Assembly (NCBI GenBank): GCA_002269645.1
Contig: NIVC01002770.1
Location: forward strand, 62,001-126,000
Direction: 5' to 3'
Length of the DNA: 64,000 bases
Source of the DNA: Macrostomum lignano
Lineage: Eukaryota
The translations under genes were made by a program, and so were the position numbers. Positions 48,145-59,771 of this stretch are shown one piece after another (positions within the stretch are counted from its first letter, which is position 1; every line of letters begins with the position of its first letter). The notes beneath the pieces were generated by a model. The model was given only the letters and a program-made list of their open reading frames with translations. It made no database searches and was not told the DNA's origin.

Positions 48145-48744
48145 TAAGTTTCAGTTTGGATTCCTTAGTAATTAATTAAAAAATTTGTTCAATCCATTTT
48201 GATATAACAATGAGATTACTAATTGAATGATCAAATTTGCTTTCGTAATTTAATACTAATATTACATATGATTCCCAAAGCTGGGTCGATGTCAACTGGT
48301 GCATCTGATATCGACCAGTGTAGCCAATGCATTCATATGGAAAAGTACAAACCGCCACATTTATTTATATTCGTCTCACTGGATTTCGCCTCATCAAAAT
48401 TCGTACTCGAATGCTCAGGCCTGGGAAGATTTGAGCTGAAAATTTTCTCCATCAGCCTCCTATGGCTCTATTGCTGCGTCTCATCCTTTAATTCTCTTTT
48501 TCATCTTCTCCGTCGGCAAATTTATCCACGACCGGGAAACCCTTTGATAACTGGATTTTCTGGAGACGGAAACTGATTGTATTTCTTAGAAACAGCTACA
48601 GATTTTTCGCTTTTTTTGATTCAGAAATGCTTTGCAACTTGAAACTTGCACTCTGTTTTCAAATGTCTGACAAAGGCGCTTTTCAGCTGCAAGGGAAGCC
48701 ACAAAGAAATTTGAAAAACAAAGTCGAACTCTTGCGCCACGACC

Positions 48745-49020
48745 CTGGCTCGATTGCGTGAGCAAGCACATTGATTTGAGGCTTGTGTGCATGAAAGATT
48801 CACACCCACGACGGCCAGCCCCCAAGGCACAGAGAGTGTACATGCCTGACAATCAGAAAGTCAGGGCCGCTGTACACCCTGTGTGAGCGTGTGTATGAGT
48901 GCGTGTCTGTGTACAGTATTGGTGCGCTTGTTCACTCCTGATGTGCTCAGGAGTCAGCGGAATGGGCAGAATTGCCGTCAGCGCAGTGTGTGGAACGGTG
49001 TCGCCAAAGGCTATGCGAAA
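48745..49020 (+). mobile_element. SINE-like family 2, copy D
   Basis: Family core match with a degenerate B box (GGCTCGATTGC) at the same relative position as in copy B. Confidence 0.8.
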
Positions 49021-50859
49021 CTGAGCGTTCAAAACCGTTCTGCAATCACTGTTATTATGATTTGTCATTATTGTTGGATGTTCATGGGCAAAGTGGATCT
49101 GAGCAAGGCCTACTGGCTCTGCAGCATTCACCCGAGTGACCACTGCTTCACTGCTTTGAAGTTTACATTTGACAGCGGTGCTGAGCCAACCCACACGATG
49201 GATGGCAAAAGTTCATTCATCCGACCCAGGAAATATGCTTTCTGGGGATCCAGTTCAACCCGCAGTCCGGGCTCATGAGCTTGCCAAGTACCAAAAGAGT
49301 TTCAAGTTTCATCAGTCAGTGCAGTGCGATGCAGCGGATCTGGAAGCGGAAATTGCAGAATCGCGTTTGGCAAGCGAAACTGGGCCAGCCAGGTGATCTG
49401 CAGTGGGCGGCCTTTTCTGCACGAGCTGACTGACCGCGATAGCGAGCCTTCAGGTCCGGGCGATAGTCTGCTGCTTGATGAGCAGTTAAAGAGCAGCTTT
49501 TCTGGTGAAGCAAAGCTTTGCAACAGCAGCAGGGCCGAGAGCTCTAGCATGCTGATAGCAGCCTGGTTGCCATGGAGATCGATGCCTGTCTGGTTGGAGC
49601 AGCAGCTGATGTTTTCGATGTCTTGCTTGCCCTGATGCACTGGCGTCATCAGCTACAGAATTGTCGGGTTGCCATCTAGTTTTGGCGTTTTCCATCTAGT
49701 GGCCTACTACTCGTAGGCGTAAAGCTGAACGTCACGGACACCGCCAATCATGTGTCGGGTCGCTTTCAGCTGTTTGCAGATGCTGCCTTCCGCCTACCGC
49801 CGTTTTTCTCCTATTTCAGGTTGCCTCCCTGGGTCTCTCGACTTCGCCACCGCCAAGCTTCTTGATCGGGCCTACGCTCTTTCATCCAAGAAGTTCCTAT
49901 CTTCCGCTGTGCGCTCTTGGCAATGCTTCTGCCCAGAGTAGCATCTCGACCAGCTGTGGTGCCGAGTCGAGGACCTCGCGAACTGTTGGCCAAATGATGG
50001 ACAACCCTGCTCAGCTCCTATTGAAGGGTTCGGGTGCACACAGGCAAATCTGATCAAGCCTGATGAGACTGCAACGTCAAGTTGACGGCTCAAACCCTTT
50101 TGCAGGCGGCCTGCTGGGCGGCAATTTTGTGCACTTGGTGAAGAATGTTCAGGAAGTCCAGCCTGCGGCCAGCGAGTCACGTTGATCCGCCTCTGCTGCG
50201 TTTTGAACGCGCTGTCAAAGTGCAAAGAAGGTCAAAGAAGATCAGAACACGACGTCTCGCAAACTGGACAGGCAGTTTAAGTCCTGACTCGGCATGGCGG
50301 GCATCAGTGCGGTCGGGTACACGCTGAAAAGCCTGCGGAGAGGTCCCGGGCCGGCCTGAATGTCCAGTAATCCAGTGCGTGTGCGACTGGCGCAGCGATG
50401 CGGTGAACTGCAACCTCTCTTAAAGACTTGCGGTGATGTAGTGAAGCTCATAAAAGTTGTCACCTACGATGCAGGCGCGGTTCGGAACAGTTTTTTCTCG
50501 TCTTTTACCATCGGCTCTTGCTGCTTTCTTTTCGGTTATTGCTTTGGGGTTATTTCGCGGTTATTGCTTTGGCTTTGGGAAGGCTCTATGCCGTCCATTC
50601 GTAATAATACTCTTTCAAACTTTTTCCTCGACTAATATGCGAGTCATGAATCTCCGAAAAAAACACATGCTTGCTCCATTTGCAATTCGAAAGTCCAGGT
50701 GAGAAATTACAGGTGGAATAAAAAAAAATTGAAAACTTCTTCTTATCTGGCTAATCGATTTTGAAGTATGGAAAAATGGATTAAAAAACCGGCCTTTAGC
50801 GGATTTTCGAGTGTATCGTCCTGTCGCTTTAGTTGCCCAGCTTTGTAGTGTTCGGCCTT

Positions 50860-51195
50860 CTGATGTAGTTTAGATTCTTCTGATGAAGTGTACATCCTTC
50901 TGATGTAGTGTACATCCTTCTGATGTAGTGTACATCCTTATGATGTAGTGTACATCCTTATGATGTAGTGTACATTCTTCTTATGTATGTACATTCTTCT
51001 GTTGTAGTGTACATCCTTCTGATGTAGTGTACATTTTTCTAATGTAGTGTACATCCTTCTGATGTAGTGTACATTTTTCTAATGTAGTGTACATTCTTCT
51101 GATGTTGTGTACATTCTTCTAATGTAGTGTACATTCTTATAATGTAGTGTACATCCTTCTGATGTAGTGTACATCCTTCTGGTGTAGTTTAAATC
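50860..51195. repeat. 20-bp minisatellite (GATGTAGTGTACATCCTTCT)n
   Basis: About 16 units. Confidence 0.95.
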
Positions 51196-51569
51196 CTTCC
51201 GGTGAGTGTACATTCTTTGACTTTCTTTTGTTTCTGAGTCTGAATCTCACGATTGCGCGTTGCTCCTCAGTGGAAACGAATGATTTTTAAGTTTAGCAAA
51301 CACAGCCTTCCCTACAGGGCCCAGGAAAGATCAATTTTACCTCCCTTCTATCCCTTGCTTTCGTCTACCAGCCTGTATTTTCTCCAGGGACACTTCAGAC
51401 CAACAAACTTTAACTACAGGACGAACCTCAGAACTGTCTGTGCACTAATGAATACCTTGACGAACTTTTGAATGCCAGATGGAACCGACTGATAGCATCG
51501 TCAAGTGTGAACTTTTTGAAAGGGAGCCAGTAGCAGAATATTACTTTGTTCATGGAAACACGTTCAGAC

Positions 51570-52330
51570 TTTGGAAACACTTCCCACTCTACATTCCAGA
51601 TCTAGGATTCCATGAACACTTGCATTTGGAAGCAGTTCCCACTCCACATTCCAGATCTAGGATTCCACGAACACTTGCATTAGGAAACAGTTCCCAGTCC
51701 ACATTCCAGATCTAGGATTCCACGAACACTTGCATTAGGAAACACTTCCCACTCCACATTCCAGATCTAGGATTCCATGAACACTTGCATTTAGAAGCAG
51801 TTCCCACTCCACATTCCAGATCTAGGATTCCATGAACACTTGCATTTGGAAGCAGTTCCCACTCCACATTCCAGATCTAGGATTCCATGAACACTTGCAT
51901 TTGGAAGCAGTTCCCACTCCACATTCCAGATCTAGGATTCCATGAACACTTGCATTTGGAAGCAGTTCCCACTCCACATTCCAGATCTAGGATTCCATGA
52001 ACACTTGCATTTGGAAGCAGTTCCCACTCCACATTCCAGATCTAGGATTCCACGAACACTTGCATTAGGAAACAGTTCCCAGTCCACATTCCAGATCTAG
52101 GATTCCATGAACACTTGCATTTGGAAGCAGTTCCCACTCCACATTCCAGATCTAGGATTCCATGAACACTTGCATTTGGAAGCAGTTCCCACTCCACATT
52201 CCAGATCTAGGATTCCACGAACACTTGCATTAGGAAACAGTTCCCAGTCCACATTCCAGATCTAGGATTCCATGAACACTTGCATTTGGAAGCAGTTCCC
52301 ATTCCACATTCCAGATCTAGGATTCCATGG
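51570..52330. repeat. 55-bp minisatellite (GAACACTTGCATTTGGAAGCAGTTCCCACTCCACATTCCAGATCTAGGATTCCAT)n
   Basis: About 14 units in two interspersed subtypes with linked diagnostic sites. Confidence 0.96.
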
Positions 52331-53267
52331 TTGCCTTTAAACAAAAAGGATAATGTGAGACATTTGACGCTGCACGTACAGGTGTTGAAGGCTGTAATTT
52401 TAAGGTAAGAGTAGCAGAGACAAAAGCCGTTTTCTAACGCCGAGTGAAAAAGCATTTTGACGCCTCTGAAGCGCATGCTTTCTTTCCCGCTAGTGGGCAT
52501 TGCTGGACGCGAACATCAGTGCAGCATTAAAATCCGCTAGTAAATTTGGCTCGCATATCACTGGCTTCTTTCCTGATTTCACGTGTGATCTCACCTGAAT
52601 TCACTCCCAAATGCGCCTTGTTGAGTACATCGCCAAGTTCCCTTCTGAGTTTATCCATGGTGTTCATCCTTGATTTTATCACTAAATTCATCCCTGAATG
52701 CGCAAAGACCTTATTCCAGAATTAGCTGCCTGAGTTTTTCTAGAGAAACACTGAACGGAGCAAACTATCTTTGTACGCTAAAAAGCTGATGTATAATAAT
52801 ATTAAAAAAGTCTAGCCAATCTTTTGTGCATGCAGAGGGAAGGAATGGGCGACATCTGGCGGAGTGCGATCGCCAAACTAAGTTGGATCAATCTTATTGC
52901 CGCATCTCCTTCCCTGTGCTGCCTCTCTGCCTACCTGCTCCGACTTGCTCCTCCGCTCACATCGGCAGGCAGAATCTGGTAATCAGCCAACGCTCAGAGC
53001 CACTAGGGTAGTTTTTATCACAGTCAGTTGAGCCACTGATGTAACCGCCCTTGTCGCCTGTCCGCTCCGTAGAAAGACGAACGCACGACTAGAGGGGGCA
53101 ATGACCGTAGGCTGCCTATGACCGGGGCAATGACCTGACGGACCTCCAGCACCAGACTGTCCCGCCCACATGATTGATAGCTTTGGTAGCGCTTCGTGAC
53201 CAGAGGGCCAAGGACCCACATGGACCCCACCTGTAGCCAAGGTGCAATAGTTGGTCACTCGGTCATA

Positions 53268-54584
53268 CGAGGGGTGATCAAAAAGTTCTGCAACCTTTTG
53301 TTATAGCTTTTAGTTATAGAATCAGAAAAAGCCAAAAACTTACACATATGCGGCTATATCTGTTTGCTATATTTATATGCATTTTTGGCTTCCAAATGTG
53401 CTCCATTAAAATTTCACAGCCATATATTTTCCATGTGTTTTCAGTAGCTGATGGAAACATCAAAAGACAGTGTTCGCTTCTATATCTTTATGTGCATGCA
53501 ACTTGGTTGCAAAGTGACAGAGATTCACACCATGTTTTGTGAATGTTTTAGCTGACTCTGCTCCATCATTTGACACAGTTGCCTGCTGGCTGCGCCATTT
53601 CTTGGAAGGCTGGGACAGCTTCAACGATGAACCAAGGTCTGGCCGACCCCGGACATCCGTGACCGAAGATGTCGTGGCCCATGCCGATGCAATAATTCAT
53701 GAGGATTGGAGCTTTTTGCTAAGATTCATTGCCTATGAGCTTGGTGTCAGCTATGGAAGTGCTCATAACATCATGCATGAGCAACTAGGCCGCACAAAGA
53801 CCTGCGCTCGGTGGGTACCCATCTTCTCACTCCGGAGCAGCAAGCAGAGAGGGTGCGCATCTGTCGCTTGTGGCTGCAAATGTTTGAGCCCCACGGCCCA
53901 CGACAACTGTCAGATGTCATCACAGGAGACAAATGTTGTATCTCCTTCTTTACCATGAGGGATAAGCAGTCCAACATGGTCTGGCTGGCAGAAGATGAGC
54001 CAAGGCCTGAGGTGCTGAAGACCGGATTCCGCAGTCGGAAGCGGATGTTCACCATTTTTTTCAACTCTCAGGGTGTTGTATCGGTGAACATCCTTCCAGC
54101 GGGTGCCACAGTGACTGCCAGGTACTACACAGACACTGTTCTGCCAGGCGTGCTGCAGGAGCGGCAGGAACGTGCGCGAACCAAGCATGGACCTCGACTC
54201 CTGCTGCACCATGACAATGCGGCACCGCACAGAGCGGCCTCAACCATGGCGTACCTGGAGCAGCAGGGGGTCCAGCTGCTGCCCCATTCACCCTACTCTC
54301 TAGACCTAGCACCTTCCGACTTTTGGCTGTTCCGAGGATCAAATCCGTCATTTCTGGGAGGCCGTTTTCACGCATGCAAGACTTTGCCCAAGCGGTAAAT
54401 TCAGCTCTACAGGGTATACCAACTTTGGAGTACCATGACTGCTTTCAGACATGGTGCACACGGATGCGACGGTGCATAGATAGTGGTGGAAACTACTTTA
54501 AGGGAATGTGACACTGATTAGACGCCTCGGCTGCTGTAGCACAGAGTTGTGAGGTCACTTGCAGAACTTTTTGATCACCCCTCG
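53268..54584 (+). mobile_element. Full-length mariner transposon (1317 bp) nested in the solo LTR
   Basis: TIRs CGAGGGGTGATCAAAAAGTTCTGCAA / TTGCAGAACTTTTTGATCACCCCTCG, TA TSD, and an internal transposase. Confidence 0.97.
53451..54511 (+). pseudogene. Mariner D,D34D transposase with three frameshifts
   Basis: Motifs PRSGRP, WVP/HLL, ITGD, HHDNAAPH and YSLDLAPSDF, with 34 residues between the second and third Asp. Frame breaks near 53540, 53820 and 54335. Confidence 0.93.
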
Positions 54585-55627
54585 TAGTATGACCGAGTGG
54601 CTGCCACCACTCTATGTGACCTGGCGCACCTGGATCTTTCTACCAGACCTCTCGAGGCTAGAGCCCCGCCTGTATTGGTTACCAGGGGATTTAGGCTAAC
54701 AGGGGAGACACATGCAGCCGAGTACAGGGACTCTGCTTGGGGCATGATCGGGAACTCTGGGCTCAATCTGGAGGATTCTCAGCAGGGGATCCTTTGTGGC
54801 TGTGAGCGAGGCTGACTTGCGACTTTGATTACTAAGAGTAGTATGAGGCGAACATGTACTGTCTCTAGTTTAGATTGCTCAGGGCGAAGGGACGCGTCAG
54901 CATGGGGTTGCAACCTTCCTACTGCCATTCTGTGCCAAGACTCGCTAATCACCCTCCACTGCACGCACGCACGGCCCCGCAGCCCGCACTCACAGGCGAG
55001 CCTTGCACGAGGACAGGCCATTAGCTTACCCAAACTTCCCTATGCTTTGCCACCCCGGGAGAAAGGCTTAGCAAGCCATGAGTGAAAGGATGGTGAAAGA
55101 GTGAATAATGATGAAGTTAGTTAATAGTTAATAATTAGGCCCTTAGGCAAATAATCAGGCAATTAGGCGGCTTCACTATTGAGTAAAAATACAGCAAAAG
55201 GTACGGTATCACAACTGGCTCAGCTCTCTAATCAGACAATGGAAAAATAGGCAAACTCCGGATAAGCAAAGGCAATTAGAGCACAAATCAGTAACAGGAA
55301 CTTACCGGCAGCTGCACAGAGAGAGAGAGAGAGACGGAGTGACCGAGGGCGGCTGTAGGCTGCAGTCAGGCGGACAGTGAAGCGGCGATGCGCTGAAGCG
55401 ACGAGGCGCTGATGTAGATCAGGCGATGCTGATGATGCTGGGCGGTATCAGACCGCTGGCCGATAGGCGAGCTCGCTTGGGGAGCTGAAGATAACTTGGC
55501 GGTAACAGACCGCGGACCGGCAGGGGTTCGTCTTATAGACGGGAAGGTCAGAGCAGTGTCTGACCGCAAGTCCAAAGAAGGACGAGGAGACAAACCGTCT
55601 GAGGATTCTCATGCCGAAATCGCTTCT

Positions 55628-56140
55628 TTTTATAGCCTTCACAGCCGCCTCTCCAAGGTCGTTACCATGACTCCCTCTCTCTGATTGGCTGCCAGCAGAA
55701 TGACGTCAGAATGAGTCATAATGAGAAGCATGAGACCGGCATAGCAACATGAGAAATGGGAGAATTGCGCAATCCGGCACCGGGTGGGGGGATAATTGGC
55801 GCAGCGGGTGGTCGCGAAAGTGTTGTGCAAGCAAACATTGCGAACAATGGGGCTGGGGTCGAGAACAAAGGAATCGGAAATCGGGGATAATTGGGGAGAA
55901 TCGAGAACAATAGAAAAGCAAACATTGGAGAAAAGGTGATAATTAGGTGCGAAAACGAGAACAAAAGAAAGAGAAAATCGGAGAAAATGTGATAATTGGT
56001 GGGGGTCGAGAGAACAAAAGAATCAAAAACGAGAACAATAGAAGCGGAGGTGGGGTGGGTGTCGCATGAGAAATTTGGGGAGGAGAACAATGGCGTGAGA
56101 AAAGGTTGCGCAAGGGAGGGGGTGAGTCATCGATGAGTCA
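55628..56140 (-). promoter_or_regulatory. U3-like promoter/enhancer of the second LTR
   Basis: TATAAAA (55634-55628, minus), CCAAT (55688-55684), CRE TGACGTCA (55701-08), AP-1 TGAGTCA (55712 and twice near 56123-56140), six GAGAACAA and four GATAATT motifs. Downstream donor CCG|GTAAGT at 55305. Confidence 0.65.
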
Positions 56141-56638
56141 TCGAGGGGAAGAAGGGGTCACACGACTTGCGTCACCGTTTGGGAGTTTGAGAAGGGATGG
56201 GGTGACGGTGAGCACACAAAATACTGTAAGTAGACGCAAAAAAGGGGGAATAGCGCAGGAAAATAGTGCAGAGAGAGACAAAAAGAGAGGGGACAGGAAG
56301 AGTACAAGAAGAATAGGGTAGAGCGCAGGGGAGATAGGGTGGAGGGGGAGGTACAGAGAGGGACAGGGAGCTCCGGAAAGGCAAGTGTGGCGGCAGGAGA
56401 GACGGAGCCAAGGCAGCAGGGGGTGCAGCAGAGCGGGAGTCTCCAGGCCTGGTCGGAGACCTGGCCGAGTCTCGACAGCTCTGTGCAGGGGGGTGCACGG
56501 GATAGGAGGCACTTTCGAAAAAGTTCCCCTGCCCTATCCCGCGACCAGAGCGTGGTTACATCACCACGTATAATTTGACCACTGGAAACATTAAATTGAG
56601 TCGTGTGCTTTACGAGACAATGATGAATTCTGAATGAC

Positions 56639-57018
<380 letters not shown>

Positions 57019-58974
57019 TTAATGTCTTCTGCTTTAGCTGTCCATGGCTTGATGACTCACGAAGCGGTACCCCAGAGGCTTCACAAACTGCTTAAATTTC
57101 ACAAGGCTTCACGACACAGAGTTAAACTGAGCTAGGTTCTGAATTAGTTTCATCCCTGTCTTAATACGCAAGTAAAAGCCTGGAGAAAGTCTGTGAGCTT
57201 AGAAAACGGAGACTTTTAATATTCTAGTCAGGTCAAAGCGTATCCGTAGCTGCTTAGATTAAATTTAAAAGCATCCGAACTGCATACTTCACTCGGTTCA
57301 AAGCAGATGCGACTTCGTCAGTTCTTCACTAATCCCCGTGACTTTAACTCTCAGGCATCGCGGAGCTGGATTGAAGACTGAATGTGAGCAGATCGGAGGG
57401 TTGGTCGTGATTAAATTGATGCCGAGAGAGGCAAAGGCCATCGTGCAACTTCTTTGCTATCGTCTTCCCATGAAGGCAACACAAGACCACTTCATTACAA
57501 TTGCCATCTGGTGTCGCAGATCTTCTGTTTATTTAAAGGAATTCAATCGCTACTTTTTTTCTGAATTCTCTGGTTTATTTAAATCCTACAGTGGGAGATT
57601 CAGGCTGTTGAAGACTTGCTTTCATTGTCTATGGCCCGAAAGGGGGTCTGTGGAGCAGCCAATTGGAGTTGGTGTTACCGGATTTCTAGTCAATTCTTCT
57701 GTCTATGGCACTTTGAAAGAGCAGTTAAGATAATCAGTCAATCGTCTATGGTAATTGGAAAGGACAGTGAAGGCGATTTGTCTAACTGTTAATTTTTTTC
57801 TCTATTGTATATTGGATTATTCTAGTGAGGCTTTTATTCGAAATACCAATCGAAAAAGGAGCTATGATTCGATACGAAAACATTCCTGGACAAGAAATAT
57901 ATGAAATCTCCACGGACGAATTGGCTTTAGTCACCCAAGAGTCATGCAATCGCTTTGTTCTGGAGACTAACAATTTGGATGCGCCGTCCAGTAGCAAAGT
58001 GCTGCCTGAGCTAACTAGCGAAGATCTGCAAATGAGAATCATTCAAGCATTGCAAGAGTTCTTTTCGCCACATCGCTGTCATGTTTTTCGATTCTATTAT
58101 AGCCAAATGCATCCGTTAATTTTCCCGCAACAATCTAAGACACCCGGCAAACAATTGAATTAGCATTGCAACCCGATTCAGGCGTGCATTAAACGGCTCT
58201 TGATTGCGTACTGACAGGAGTCATTTAATGCACGAGAAAAACATTGCTATATTACAGTGCAGCTCAATAATCGTGCTGCATTGATCACTTGAGCACCTTG
58301 ACTACAAACACTCGTACATTTAAATCAAGACATGTAAGCAAGAAAAAGCCGACAATTGAACCCTTCATAAACACGTTGATTCCTGTGAAACGAATCAAAC
58401 CAAAGGCGAAACCAAAGCGTATAGCATAAGTCTAGATTAATAGCGTGTCACTCAAGGCAGATTGAAATGTAACCTGATCGTTGCTCGTATAAAATAAGTA
58501 TAAATATAAAATATCCTCCGCTTCATTCATTGATCTGCGGCCGTCAGAATGACTGACAGAGGGACATTGTAGCTCTCTTGACTCTCACTCTGCGTTTGAA
58601 TATTTGAATTTAATATTCGAATCGGTTATAAAAGGCGACAAATCACATGGTATTGTAGGCTGTTAATGGTTAAAAAAATCATAACCAATTCAAAAATCAT
58701 GAGGGGCCGTAATCAAAGGCTCCTCAATCCCCAATTAATTTTTGTTGAGAATTTTTTTAAAAACTTAGAATAAGCTTCTTCATCTGCACCAGTCCTGCGG
58801 GATTCTGAGAGGGATTCTGTCAAAGGCTCGCTGCATAGAGCGAGACCAACTTCTGGTGCTTCACAAGTGCCAGTGTGGAAGGAATTTCCTGCCGCAGTTT
58901 AAATCTTCGATGCTACAAAAAGGCATTATTCTGTCCCACTTTGTCAAGGACACATGTCTATGGCACAATAAAAG

Positions 58975-59038
58975 TAATACCCATGCTTTAAGGGCGCCCT
59001 CTGATTTTACCATTAACGCCCTTAAAGCATGGGTATTA
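58975..59038. other. Perfect 22-bp inverted repeat with a 20-nt spacer
   Basis: TAATACCCATGCTTTAAGGGCG (58975-58996) / CGCCCTTAAAGCATGGGTATTA (59017-59038). Confidence 0.95.
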
Positions 59039-59457
59039 ATTTACTATCAGCCAGTTGTCACGATTGTCCAAGAAGTCCTTTTTGAGGTCCAATGCTAAAA
59101 ATGATTGTTAGAATCCCCTCGTTTTCCCATTTTTTCGTTCGCTGTTTTAGGATCAAGAACACCCTGTTACTGTTCGAGATGTCCTTTAATTTCAGCCTGT
59201 TTTGAAATATTGGTCTCAATCGGACGCCGGTTGCAGTGCAAAATGCCATCGTTAAGGTTCGTCTTGCACTTCTTCCTTTGTCTTCATTCCCGGCCCCGCC
59301 TTTGTTTGACTTGAAAAGATCTGTCTCTTTCGGTCTTCTTCTTCTTTATAGCACAGGTCCTCTTAGCACAGGGTTTTCTTTTTGAGTAAATCAGTTTGGA
59401 ACATGTAGGTTTGCCCATAGACACTTTGGCTCCGACTTAATTGAAGAGGTTCTGTTT

Positions 59458-59771
59458 AATATTAATAATAACAACAACAATAATAATACTGATTAATTTT
59501 ACCTGCCCCAATTACTCAGATGTGCAACCGACAGCTCAGCCGCAGCTATTGCATGGCGCATCTGAAGGCTGCGTACGGCTGTTCAGTCCAAGAACTGGGG
59601 GTCACCACACACCCTCAATTACCCCAGCTAATGCTGGCACCCATTTTACAGCTGGGTGAACTGAAGCAAAGACAATGAGTGTCTTGCTCAAGGACACAAA
59701 CTGTTCCAGTAGAATAGAAAACCGACCTTCAAGTCGTGAGTCGGACGCTCAAACCACGAAGCTACAACCCC
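59458..59771 (-). mobile_element. Full-length tRNA-derived CORE-type SINE (family 1) with (TTA/TTG)n tail
   Basis: Reverse complement of the 47971 copy, extending through a 3' body to a microsatellite tail. Confidence 0.88.

Larger units (their letters stand above)
53037..56563 (-). mobile_element. Long solo LTR (~2.2 kb once the nested mariner is removed), Gypsy-like
   Basis: Perfect 10-bp terminal inverted repeats TGATGTAACC / GGTTACATCA (TG...CA) and 4-bp TSD CCAC (53033-53036, 56564-56567). It contains a Pol II promoter on the minus strand. No canonical AATAAA was found. Confidence 0.75.

Noticed and set aside
50060-50095. Hammerhead-like CTGATGA...AAAC
   Set aside because: It lacks the GAAA core and convincing stems I and III.
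57338-58163. Two moderate ORFs (131 and 112 aa)
   Set aside because: No recognisable motifs or splice support. Possibly decayed TE, but not supportable.
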